From assembly GCA_047625975.1 (NCBI GenBank), contig JBLHRL010000005.1, positions 2,601-66,600 of the forward strand: a stretch of 64,000 bases of DNA, given 5' to 3'. Of this stretch, positions 51,873-61,427 are shown one piece after another. The notes beneath the pieces were generated by a model that saw nothing but the letters and a program-made list of their open reading frames with translations, was not told where the DNA came from and did not search any database. The translations under genes were made by a program, and so were the position numbers. This DNA is from Arenicella sp. GTDB lineage: Bacteria; Pseudomonadota; Gammaproteobacteria; Arenicellales; Arenicellaceae. Position 1 is the first letter of the stretch. Each line of letters starts with the position of its first letter.

Positions 51873-52781
51873 ATGACTAAATCAGTTCAACACTTTCTGA
51901 CTCTGGGCGACTTAAGTCCGATTACCTTACAGGGCTTAATTGACCGAGCCATCGAACTCAAGGCAATTACCAAACAAGGTGCGATATACGAACCACTTAA
52001 GAACAAGACCTTGGCGATGATTTTTAGCAAGTCGTCAACCAGAACTCGGGTTAGCTTTGAAGTCGGAATGCGCCAGCTTGGCGGCGGCTCTATCAACTTG
52101 AATCCAAATGACACTCAAATAGGCCGCGGCGAGCCCATTGAAGACACGGCGAAAGTTATCTCCAGCATGGCCGATGGCATCATGATTCGTACTGACTCAC
52201 ATAGCATGGTTGAAACTTTGGCCGCATACTCGAGTGTGCCGGTTATTAACGGCCTAACCGATGACTATCACCCCTGTCAGTTACTGGCCGACATACAAAC
52301 ATTTCAAGAACTTCGTGGCAGCGTCAAAGGCGCAACCTTTGCATGGGTCGGCGATGGCAACAACGTGTGCAATTCGTTTATTAATGCCGCTCGCCTTTTT
52401 GATTTTCAGTTAAACATAGCAACCCCCGAAAACTACCAGCCAAGCAGCGAAATTATTGAGCGTAACCAAGCGCATATAACGCTAATGAGTGACGCCAACG
52501 AGGCAGTCGAAAACGCCGATGCTGTGGTCACAGATACCTGGGCCAGCATGGGCCAAGAAGACGAAAAAAATAAACGAGAAGCGGCATTTTCTAATTTTTG
52601 TGTCGATAGCTCTCTGATGAGCAAGGCTAATAGCGACGCGCTTTTTCTACACTGCCTACCAGCGTATAGAGGCATGGAAGTTACCGCCGCTGTTATTGAT
52701 GGGCCACAAAGCGTTGTATTCCAAGAGGCTGAGAACCGCTTGCACGCCCAAAAAGCGTTGCTAGAGTTCTTACTAAGTTAA
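51873..52781 (+). CDS. argF: Ornithine carbamoyltransferase
   Basis: STRTR, HPCQ, SMG and HCLP motifs. Confidence 0.96.
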   Translation: MTKSVQHFLTLGDLSPITLQGLIDRAIELKAITKQGAIYEPLKNKTLAMIFSKSSTRTRVSFEVGMRQLGGGSINLNPNDTQIGRGEPIEDTAKVISSMADGIMIRTDSHSMVETLAAYSSVPVINGLTDDYHPCQLLADIQTFQELRGSVKGATFAWVGDGNNVCNSFINAARLFDFQLNIATPENYQPSSEIIERNQAHITLMSDANEAVENADAVVTDTWASMGQEDEKNKREAAFSNFCVDSSLMSKANSDALFLHCLPAYRGMEVTAAVIDGPQSVVFQEAENRLHAQKALLEFLLS

Positions 52782-52829
52782 TTATTGTCGGCCGAATAGA
52801 GCTGCGTGAAAATTCTTTGCTAAAATACT

Positions 52830-53888
52830 ATGCCAACTGATAAATTTCTTAAAATTAACAACATTAAGGCCGCGTATGAAAACGCGGCTCCGATCGTCGA
52901 TGATGTCAGCTTTGTACTTAGCGAGGGCGAGCTCGGCTGCCTGCTAGGACCGAGCGGCTGCGGTAAAACAACTATTTTACGTGCTATCAGTGGTTTTCAA
53001 GATTTACAGGCAGGCACTATTGAACTTGCTGGTCAGTTTATTTCGAAATTAGGCCGAACACTAGCGCCTGAAAAACGAAGCGTTGGCATGGTATTCCAAG
53101 ACCATGCGCTATTTCCACACCTTAGCATTGCTGAAAACGTGGGCTTTGGTCTCAGCAAGCTGACCCTTAAGGATCGTGATGCTAGAGTAGCAAGCCTACT
53201 TGAATTAGTTGGTATGCGAGACTATCGCGGCCAATATCCACATGAGCTATCCGGCGGTCAGAGCCAAAGAGTCGCACTGGCTAGGGCCATCGCAACTCAA
53301 CCTAAGTTACTACTAATGGATGAGCCTTTCTCAAATCTCGATACCGAGTTACGTGAAAGCTTAGGCTATGAAGTACGAATTTTGTTAAAAGAGCTTGGCA
53401 TCACTGCAATTATGGTGACCCATGACCAACATGATGCATTCGCTTTAGGCGATCAAATCGGTGTAATGTCTGAAGGTAAATTAGTCCAGTGGGACAGTTC
53501 ATTTAACCTTTACCACGCACCGAATAGTCGCTTTGTTGCGAACTTTATTGGCGAAGGTATTTTCGTTAAAGGGCAGCTGATTGGAGACAATACTGTCATC
53601 ACTAGTTTCGGTGAAATTAAAGGCGAAATTATCAACATTGACAGTGTTGGCCCTGAGGTAGACGTCTTGCTTCGCCCAGATGACGTGAAATGCGATACTG
53701 AAAGCCCAATACGTGGCAAGGTAACTCGAAAAGCATTCAAGGGCGCACAGACGCTTTATACAATTGTGACGCCAGCAGAAGATACCTTAATGAGCCTCGT
53801 TTCTAGCCATGATGATTACGAGGTTGGCGATACTATCGGCTTATCGATCGATGCCGATCACCTAGTTTGCTTTGCGCCTAAAACTTAA
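52830..53888 (+). CDS. ABC ATPase, FbpC/PotA-type (Fe3+ import-like)
   Basis: GPSGCGKTT, VFQDHALFPH, LSGGQ and DEPFSNLD motifs; C-terminal TOBE-like region. Confidence 0.85.
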   Translation: MPTDKFLKINNIKAAYENAAPIVDDVSFVLSEGELGCLLGPSGCGKTTILRAISGFQDLQAGTIELAGQFISKLGRTLAPEKRSVGMVFQDHALFPHLSIAENVGFGLSKLTLKDRDARVASLLELVGMRDYRGQYPHELSGGQSQRVALARAIATQPKLLLMDEPFSNLDTELRESLGYEVRILLKELGITAIMVTHDQHDAFALGDQIGVMSEGKLVQWDSSFNLYHAPNSRFVANFIGEGIFVKGQLIGDNTVITSFGEIKGEIINIDSVGPEVDVLLRPDDVKCDTESPIRGKVTRKAFKGAQTLYTIVTPAEDTLMSLVSSHDDYEVGDTIGLSIDADHLVCFAPKT

Positions 53889-53907
53889 TAAATGTAACAA
53901 TTAAGAC

Positions 53908-54375
53908 CTAAGAGACTAGATTCTGACCAGCCTTCTGATAGATGCTGCGAAGCATAGAATGCAGGCCATTGCTTCTGGTTGGACTTAAATGGTCGTTAAA
54001 GCCAATATCATTAATAAAGTCGGGTTTCGTATCTAAAATATCTTGAGGTGCTTGGTCAGAATATACGCGCAGGGCAATTGCGACTAAGCCGGCAACAATC
54101 GATGCATCACTGGTACCGTCGATGTGCATTTTGCCGTCACGCATTTCCATGTTTAACCATACCTGCGATTGGCAGCCTTGAATTTTATTGCGGTCAGTTT
54201 TCCACTCTTCGGCAAATTCTGGTAATTGGCGACCGAGATCGATGACGTGCTCATAACGAGACATCCAATCTTCAAACATTGCGAACTCTTCAACTAGCTC
54301 AGACTGTATTTGACTAATGGGCTCGGGCCTTATTTTGCTAATTGGCTCAGGCTGTATTTGGCTATTATCACTCAT
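53908..54375 (-). CDS. sufE: SufE family sulfur acceptor
   Basis: RYEHVIDLG, GCQSQVW and LSPTRSNGL motifs. Confidence 0.9.
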   Translation of the reverse strand: MSDNSQIQPEPISKIRPEPISQIQSELVEEFAMFEDWMSRYEHVIDLGRQLPEFAEEWKTDRNKIQGCQSQVWLNMEMRDGKMHIDGTSDASIVAGLVAIALRVYSDQAPQDILDTKPDFINDIGFNDHLSPTRSNGLHSMLRSIYQKAGQNLVS

Positions 54376-54379
54376 AATG

Positions 54380-55753
54380 TTACTTCTCTACACGCCAAGT
54401 GGTGCCATTAGCACCATCTTCAACGACTATTTTATTATCTGACAAAAAATCTCTAATTTGGTCTGCTCGTTCCCAATTCTTATCCGCTTTGGCTTGTAAT
54501 CGCTCAGCAATGAGAGCGTCAATTTGTTCGCCATCAACACCTTCTGCGCCGCTCGAAAACCACGCATCAGGATCTTGTTGAAACAATCCTAACCACTCGC
54601 CACTTTGTAAAAGTGACGCTTTAATCTTAATTAACTCGCTCTCGGAATCGGTCGTGTTAGCTTGCTTAACTAACACGAATAGTTCGGCCATAGCTTTGGG
54701 CACATTGAGATCATCTAGCATTGCATCAACAAAACCTTTGCTCTTCTGGTCACCAATATCACCGGGTACTTTGATATGCGACATTTTACGAAGTGCTCCG
54801 TAAAAACGGTCTAAGCTATTATTCGCTTGCTGCAAGACCTTGTCATTCCACTCCAAGGGGGCACGATAATGAGTTGATAGTAACACGTAGCGAATTGCCT
54901 CACCGCTGGTTTGCTCGAGCAGGTCACGGACCAGCAAGACATTACCTATCGACTTCGACATTTTCTCTTTGTTAACGTTTACAAAACCATTGTGCATCCA
55001 ATGATTAACAAATTTTAACCCATGCGCACAGAAACTCTGCGCACGCTCATTTTCATGGTGTGGAAATACTAGATCATGGCCACCACCATGAATATCAATG
55101 GTCTCGCCGAGGTGGGCGGCCGCCATAGCTGTACATTCTATATGCCAACCTGGTCGCCCCCGACCCCAAGGGCTGTCCCAACCGGGCTGCTCTTCAGAGG
55201 ATGGCTTCCAAAGCACGAAATCACCATCATTTTTCTTATACGAAGCGACGTCAATACGTGCGCCCGCCAATAATTCGTCTGGATCGCGTCTAGATAACTC
55301 ACCGTAGCCAGCATATGAAGGCACATCAAACAGCACGTGACCGTCGGCTTCATACGCGTGACCGCCATCAATCAAGACTTGAATCTTGTTGTGAATTTCT
55401 TGCATATGATCGGTAACCTTGGGCTCAACATCAGGAGGCAAAACACCTAGAGCCTCTAAGCCTTGATGAAAAAACTCGGTATAGCGCTCCGAGATTACCG
55501 AAATATCGACATCCTGTTCAGCAGCAGCCTTATTTATTTTATCGTCAATATCGGTAATATTACGAGCATATGTAAGACCTTGAAACTGTGACCGCAACAC
55601 GCGCGTCAGAATATCAAACACCACTGGCGGGCGATAGTTGCCTATATGCGCATGATTCCAAACAGTCGGACCACAGACATATACCGTCACATTACTGGGG
55701 TCTATCGGGACAAATTCGGTTTTGGTTTTGGTTTCGGTGTTATAAAGTTTCAC
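54380..55753 (-). CDS. cysS: Cysteine--tRNA ligase
   Basis: YVCGPTV, HIGN, GRPGWHIEC and KMSKS motifs; GTG 55753 is the likely start. Confidence 0.97.
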   Translation of the reverse strand: MKLYNTETKTKTEFVPIDPSNVTVYVCGPTVWNHAHIGNYRPPVVFDILTRVLRSQFQGLTYARNITDIDDKINKAAAEQDVDISVISERYTEFFHQGLEALGVLPPDVEPKVTDHMQEIHNKIQVLIDGGHAYEADGHVLFDVPSYAGYGELSRRDPDELLAGARIDVASYKKNDGDFVLWKPSSEEQPGWDSPWGRGRPGWHIECTAMAAAHLGETIDIHGGGHDLVFPHHENERAQSFCAHGLKFVNHWMHNGFVNVNKEKMSKSIGNVLLVRDLLEQTSGEAIRYVLLSTHYRAPLEWNDKVLQQANNSLDRFYGALRKMSHIKVPGDIGDQKSKGFVDAMLDDLNVPKAMAELFVLVKQANTTDSESELIKIKASLLQSGEWLGLFQQDPDAWFSSGAEGVDGEQIDALIAERLQAKADKNWERADQIRDFLSDNKIVVEDGANGTTWRVEK

Positions 55754-56160
55754 AAGGCAAACTAGCAATTTATCGGTTTTCAAACATCAGCCAGCTTGTG
55801 AATCTACACACGCTAACCGCACAATATCGATAGTGTAACAGCCTAGAAATGAGCTGCAAGGCAGAGTTTGCGGCCAATCGAGATATTAACTAAAGAAACG
55901 AGGTTTATAGCTAAAAGCCGGCTGGACCAGTAAAAATTAGCTTGGCTAAACCTCATATTGAAAGACTAATACAGACATAAGCCAACTTTCTGTATTTCCA
56001 GTACTGCAGGAATACCAAAATGGTCACTTACTAATTGCAAGCAGCAATTTTCTTTGGCTGATTAGCAACGATATGTTGGCGGTCAAGCTCTTTTGAGAGA
56101 ATAATATACGACGGTAGACTACATCGAAATGGCCTTAGTAGTTTATACACCCAGAAGGAA

Positions 56161-56257
56161 CTACATTAGTTACTGGGGGTACCCTTGAAGTTACGTTAGC
56201 GGGGAAACCCCGAGGGCACCAAAAAAATTACGCTAGCGACCGAGGGCACCGGAAAAA
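56161..56257. repeat. Three degenerate tandem ~30-bp units, one being the dsbB 3' end
   Basis: Units at 56161-56190, 56191-56227 and 56228-56257. Middle vs dsbB unit: 26/30 plus a 7-nt insertion. Distal vs dsbB unit: 17/30. Confidence 0.65.
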
Positions 56258-56748
56258 TAGTTGCGCTCTTTACGGAGTAACAGCCGAATACAAAATAACA
56301 GCATGAAACCAAATACCAACATCATCCATTCCGGCATACTAAAACTCATCAGAGTCCATTGAACCTCGGCGCATTCCCCACTGCCAGCCAACACTCTTTG
56401 AATAACATCAAAAAGAGGGTTCATTTCAAGCATGTAAGATAAATCTGGACCACATTCAGGCACTTTATCTGCAGGAAGGTGTTGTAGCCAAACTTGTCGA
56501 CCAGCAATCAATAAGCCGATAAGCGAAGAAATCGTCGCGCCAAAAGCAAGCAGCTTAGAGCCAAATTTTCTAGGGTTAAATATGATCCCTATTATGCAAA
56601 AGAATGCAACACTAACTAAGGCAAAGCGCTGAAACATGCACAGCGGACATGGCGCCAAGCCGAGTTTTTGCTGAAAATAAAAATAAGCAATAGCCAATAA
56701 TGTGCCACAGCCAATTAAACCTATCCAATACGAACGTGCTGCAATCAC
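56233..56748 (-). CDS. dsbB: Disulfide bond formation protein B
   Basis: PCPLCMFQR, RQVWLQ, CGP and GECAEVQW motifs; 4 TM segments. Confidence 0.95.
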   Translation of the reverse strand: MIAARSYWIGLIGCGTLLAIAYFYFQQKLGLAPCPLCMFQRFALVSVAFFCIIGIIFNPRKFGSKLLAFGATISSLIGLLIAGRQVWLQHLPADKVPECGPDLSYMLEMNPLFDVIQRVLAGSGECAEVQWTLMSFSMPEWMMLVFGFMLLFCIRLLLRKERNYFSGALGR

Positions 56749-56946
56749 TTGTATCGCTCCAAACGGATCTACTGTTTATTATTCACAAGCACCAATGCAT
56801 ACCAATAACTTCAAATATTAAGTCGTTTTACATCTAGTGACTTACCTATCAATCGAAGCAAGAGTATACATCATGCTTTAGTCATTGAGACTAGCATTGA
56901 GCAATTACCACTAATGTTGCACTTGTATTGCATTCATTGGTCAACA

Positions 56947-57405
56947 CTACCCCTTATTCGCGGGCCAATCGACAATATAATCCTGAATATCGTCCTCATT
57001 GATCTCGCGTTGAAACCGAACACGATGACGAACAGACTGTCCTTGCTGATGAACGCTCTCGCTATCAGCCGAATTTAGGTGGTGCCAGCTCGGTAATTCT
57101 TCACCTTCCAGTAATAAGCGATAGGCACAACTTGGTGGCGCAAATGAGGCAGAGTCTTCAACGTTACTTTTATTCATGGTCACACAGCTGGGCACCCTTA
57201 CCGAGCGATTACTATAGTCGGTGCATCGACAGGTCTGGTCATCGAGCAAATCGCAAGCTACATCGGTAAACACCAATTGCTCGCTATCTTCATCATGAAG
57301 CTGGGTCAAACAACATTTTGCACAACCATCACAAACACTTTCCCACTCCTTGGGCGTCATCTCAAATAGAGTTTTAATCTGCCAAAACGGCTTATCATCT
57401 TGCAT
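56947..57405 (-). CDS. YcgN family CxxCxxCC protein
   Basis: PFW..K.L.EM...EWES.CDGCAKCC and P.SCAYRLL.EG motifs. Confidence 0.9.
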   Translation of the reverse strand: MQDDKPFWQIKTLFEMTPKEWESVCDGCAKCCLTQLHDEDSEQLVFTDVACDLLDDQTCRCTDYSNRSVRVPSCVTMNKSNVEDSASFAPPSCAYRLLLEGEELPSWHHLNSADSESVHQQGQSVRHRVRFQREINEDDIQDYIVDWPANKG

Positions 57406-57432
57406 TGCTTATCAGGCTCATCGAATCAGGAG

Positions 57433-57936
57433 TTAAAGAAGGCAATATCGCCAAGCTTCGAGTTTATCATGCTTACTGACGCTTGCATGCGCTGGGCTTG
57501 TCGATGGGCATCGATGCCATCGAAACTCGGGCCTTGTTTGCGCTACAGTCTGAATAAGTGGTCCATTGTGTCGAGTGAAAATGGTCTCGGCGGCGGCACC
57601 ATTGAAAATTACTTTAGAAATACTTGGGTAACTACTGAATAGGCGGTCGAAGTCATTTGACTGCTCAGAAGCTTTGACAATGGCACTGTCCAGACTGCCT
57701 TTTCGCTCACAATCGTGTAAAACATCCCACACAGCCACACCCTCGTTTTGCAATGCCAAGCTTCGCTGGCGATAGCCAATGCTAAATTCAAACGTGAATA
57801 ACTTCGACATGATCCACCAAAATGCATTGCGCGGGTTAGCATAATACTGATTGTCGCGAAGTGATATTTGACTTGGCATAGAGCCTAAAATTAAGAGCTT
57901 AGGTTCAATGCCAATAATGGGCGAAAAAGCAGTCAT
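57433..57936 (-). CDS. Hypoxanthine/deoxyinosine DNA glycosylase (UDG superfamily)
   Basis: LILGSMP, YYANPRNAFW, WDV, GSLDSAI and PSTSPA motifs. Confidence 0.85.
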   Translation of the reverse strand: MTAFSPIIGIEPKLLILGSMPSQISLRDNQYYANPRNAFWWIMSKLFTFEFSIGYRQRSLALQNEGVAVWDVLHDCERKGSLDSAIVKASEQSNDFDRLFSSYPSISKVIFNGAAAETIFTRHNGPLIQTVAQTRPEFRWHRCPSTSPAHASVSKHDKLEAWRYCLL

Positions 57937-57957
57937 AGCTAACGTTGCCCAATAAAA

Positions 57958-59931
57958 TTATTGGTGAGCCAACTGCACAACAAGCTGTGAAATCTGTGTT
58001 TGTAGGTTCGGCGAAAATGAAGGAATCTGAGACTCTATCTCATAGTAATACTGATAAAACCCGTCGTCATCGCTCTTTTTTTGAAACAAATGCAATCGCT
58101 CACAATGATAACGTTCGTCATTAATTTCATTGTGCCGCGCAAAATTCAGCAACTCTAGCGCAAACTCGAAATCTTCTTCGGCTAGCAACTGCTCAAATCG
58201 TTGATCAAAACTAAGGTCTTCTGCATCTACAACTATTTCCTGAGGTTCAAGTTCTAATACGTGGTTTTCTTGATAAGAACCATCATCAGATAAGTCCAGA
58301 TATGAAATACCCTCCACCATGTCTTTCTCGGCTTGAGTCTTTGCTACAGCGCTCAATACTGAATAGTCTTTTTTGTTTATAGTCTGAGATGGCTCGAGCT
58401 TAGGCTCTTGATGAACCTCAACGTAATTATCGCTAAAGTCTTGCTCGGTCAAACTATCGAACTCAACTTGGTCGTTGGAGCCAAATAGATTCAGCGACTG
58501 CCCTAGGGCGTATAGGCGATCACGCATAAAATTAGCCACGCCAGCTAAGGCTAATAAGCACAATAGAGCCCACTGCCAAACAGGTGTTGGGCTTGGAGAC
58601 GCTGTCGCTACATCTGGGTTAACTACCGCTGCTGGGGTATTCTGATCAACATTTGACGGTTCCGGCGGAACTGGATCTAACGCTAGCGGTTGGCCCATAG
58701 TTTCATCACCAATATAGTCCTTAAGTATCGATACTTGCTTTTCTAAAAAATCAATTTTCTGATCTTTACGGGATAATTGCTGTGAAAGATTGCCGACGGT
58801 CTGAGTTAGGGAGGTAATAATCTGCTGCGAGGACTGATCCGCTTCAGCGGCATTCACAGCGGCTGTACCAATACCCGTGACTTGAAATGGTGACGCAGCT
58901 GCATCAACATCGCTGGGTTGGTCAACTGAGTTATTAGGGTCACTCGCTCTAGCGTCATTTGATGATATTTGAGTAGCGGATTCAATATTGCCATCCACAC
59001 CAAACTCAACAGCTGAGCTATAGGTATTCGCTACAGACTGTGAACTACTGGCTGGAGCCTGAGATTGCTGATGTGCTTCGGTCGCCGCTATCTTAATTTT
59101 TGCTTGGGAATCAGTTAAACTTTTAACTACAGACTGGTCCGGAATAGTCAGATAAGAGCCAGCTTTTAAGCTACTAATTGACCTACTCGAGAACGCATCT
59201 GGATTAGCCTGATACAGGCCCCACATCATCTGGTTTCTTGAAGCGCCCATGGCAGCATTGATCCGCCGAGCAACACGCCATAATGATTGACCGTCTAAAA
59301 CAGCGCCAAATTGATTGGCAATTTGGCCAGCCTGAGCCGTATCGTAAGGGCCCATTACATTGCTGGTCTTTGAACTAGTGCGGTACTGGTCGACGGTTTG
59401 AAACGGGGCGCTTGTGAAACTACTACTTGAATTACTATTAACACTAAGACCCTTGGCCAGTATTGTGTTGCCACGACTAGCCGCTGGCAAATCCATTAAC
59501 ACATTAAATTCTTTACTGAACTCAGCATTGTTATCGACCAAACTGAGTGTGAAGGTTAAATATGGCTCATTAACAACCGAATCAGAAGTTAACTTCACCG
59601 ACAACTGAGAGTTTGATCGATCAAGCTTAGCCGACACTGAACTTGCGCCATCAGCGTCAAACTGCTTGGACGTTAAATTAATACTTAGAGAGTTAGGATC
59701 AACCACATTAAATAGCGGCACGCTAACCGACAGAGGCTCACCAATGTACGAGTTCGCTTTGGCGGCACCAACCCCCAAAGCATTAGCATCAGAGCCTATT
59801 ACGCTAGCCAATATAAGTGATGATGACAATAAGCCAACCATCAATCGACCAATATTAACAACTCTAGATTTAGAATAATTTGAAAGGGCAAGTCCCTTAA
59901 AACTGCTATTCTCAGTGAGACATCGCCTCAT
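57958..59931 (-). CDS. FimV-like polar landmark protein
   Basis: ALGVG...S.IGEPL N-domain, LysM (GQSLWRVA...ANPDAF...L.IP), coiled coil, TM helix and an acidic cytoplasmic region. Confidence 0.75.
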   Translation of the reverse strand: MRRCLTENSSFKGLALSNYSKSRVVNIGRLMVGLLSSSLILASVIGSDANALGVGAAKANSYIGEPLSVSVPLFNVVDPNSLSINLTSKQFDADGASSVSAKLDRSNSQLSVKLTSDSVVNEPYLTFTLSLVDNNAEFSKEFNVLMDLPAASRGNTILAKGLSVNSNSSSSFTSAPFQTVDQYRTSSKTSNVMGPYDTAQAGQIANQFGAVLDGQSLWRVARRINAAMGASRNQMMWGLYQANPDAFSSRSISSLKAGSYLTIPDQSVVKSLTDSQAKIKIAATEAHQQSQAPASSSQSVANTYSSAVEFGVDGNIESATQISSNDARASDPNNSVDQPSDVDAAASPFQVTGIGTAAVNAAEADQSSQQIITSLTQTVGNLSQQLSRKDQKIDFLEKQVSILKDYIGDETMGQPLALDPVPPEPSNVDQNTPAAVVNPDVATASPSPTPVWQWALLCLLALAGVANFMRDRLYALGQSLNLFGSNDQVEFDSLTEQDFSDNYVEVHQEPKLEPSQTINKKDYSVLSAVAKTQAEKDMVEGISYLDLSDDGSYQENHVLELEPQEIVVDAEDLSFDQRFEQLLAEEDFEFALELLNFARHNEINDERYHCERLHLFQKKSDDDGFYQYYYEIESQIPSFSPNLQTQISQLVVQLAHQ

Positions 59932-60236
59932 GAGTATCCCCCATTTCTATACTTCACCCTGTTTAGCTTCGCCTAGAGCGGGCTAATCACTCAACCTGCA
60001 CGCGAACAAACAACAATGCTTGCTACGTGCTAACCACTGCAAACCGGCTAACCTTGTATTTGCACTTACCCTGCCGCACCTTTAGCCTTCGTATAGATTT
60101 AGTTTGAACCACCACAGCATCATAAGCAATACGACAAAGGTCCTTATCTGATCAAATTACTGATAATTCATCACATATCGACACAATCTAATAATTAATT
60201 TAAGTTTTCTTTCTAACAATCCGACTACGATTGGCT

Positions 60237-61418
60237 TTATTGTTCCGCGGCTCGCTTCTCTAAAATACTAACCGCAGGCAAAGTTTTGCCTTCAAGAAAC
60301 TCCAAAAATGCACCTCCGCCGGTCGATATATAAGAAATATCGGCAGACACCCCATACTTATCAATTGCCGCAACCGTGTCACCCCCGCCGGCAATCGAAA
60401 ATGCCGATGAATCTGCAATAGCATGTGCAAGAGCTTTGGTTCCGCTGCCAAATTGATCAAATTCAAACACTCCAACCGGGCCATTCCAGACGATAGTACC
60501 AGCACCTTTTAGTAATGCTGAAAATTGCTCCGCTGTCTGCGGGCCTATATCAAAAATCATATCGTCAGTGTCTACTTCACTTACCGACTTGATAACTGCC
60601 TCTGCGTCTTTCGAGAACTGTTTTCCACAAACGACATCAATAGGTAATGGTATGTCACCTTTGGTTCGTTGCGCTTTGATCGTAAGGTCATTAGCCTGAT
60701 CGATTAAATCATGCTCACATAATGATTTACCAACCTCATGGCCCGCCGCTGCAATAAAGGTGTTAGCAATGCCACCACCAACAATTAGTTGGTCAACCTT
60801 TTCAGAAAGCGCATCAAGCACTGTCAGTTTTGTAGACACTTTAGAGCCACCAACAATTGCGATAATAGGCCTAGCTGGCTGATGCAAGGCTTTGCTTAGC
60901 GCCATAAGCTCATTACTCATTAACGGTCCAGCACAAGCTATTGGCGCAAATTTAGCCACCCCATGGGTGGATGCTTGTGCTCTGTGAGCTGTGCCGAATG
61001 CGTCCATTACAAATACGTCGCACAAGCCTGCCATAATCTTTGCTAAAGATTCGTCGTCCGCTTTTTCACCGATATTAAAACGAACATTTTCGCATAAAAC
61101 GATTTCACCATTACTTAACTCAATACCATCGAGCCAATTTTTTTCGAGACGCACCTCCCTAGCTAAGTGCTCACTCAAACGTATTGCGATAGGAAGCAGA
61201 GATAAAGTCTCGTCCGGCTGGCCTTCAACAGGCCGCCCAAGATGAGACATCACCATTACCTTGGCGCCCATTTCAAGCGCCAAGGTAATGGTTGCAAGCG
61301 ACGCACGGATGCGAGCATCGTTGCTTACCTCTCCATCACTAATAGGCACGTTCAAATCTTGACGAATTAGAACTCGTTTTCCCACGAGGTCTAGGTCTTG
61401 CATACGAAGTATATTCAT
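60237..61418 (-). CDS. pgk: Phosphoglycerate kinase
   Basis: [28 protein letters not shown] and STGGGAFLE motifs. Confidence 0.98.
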   Translation of the reverse strand: MNILRMQDLDLVGKRVLIRQDLNVPISDGEVSNDARIRASLATITLALEMGAKVMVMSHLGRPVEGQPDETLSLLPIAIRLSEHLAREVRLEKNWLDGIELSNGEIVLCENVRFNIGEKADDESLAKIMAGLCDVFVMDAFGTAHRAQASTHGVAKFAPIACAGPLMSNELMALSKALHQPARPIIAIVGGSKVSTKLTVLDALSEKVDQLIVGGGIANTFIAAAGHEVGKSLCEHDLIDQANDLTIKAQRTKGDIPLPIDVVCGKQFSKDAEAVIKSVSEVDTDDMIFDIGPQTAEQFSALLKGAGTIVWNGPVGVFEFDQFGSGTKALAHAIADSSAFSIAGGGDTVAAIDKYGVSADISYISTGGGAFLEFLEGKTLPAVSILEKRAAEQ

Positions 61419-61427
61419 TTAGGCTGA

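Noticed and set aside
52818-52832. TG-C-TAAAAT before the ABC ATPase as a leaderless promoter
   Set aside because: Only 3 nt separate the hexamer from the ATG, too close to include the start codon in the transcript.
56100-56230. Possible 6S/SRP-like ncRNA or mini-CRISPR
   Set aside because: No conserved 6S or SRP motifs. The repeats abut without spacers, are degenerate and have no cas genes nearby.
56770-56789. TACTGTTTATTATTCACAAG as a second LexA box upstream of dsbB
   Set aside because: The right half-site CAG is absent at the required N10 spacing.
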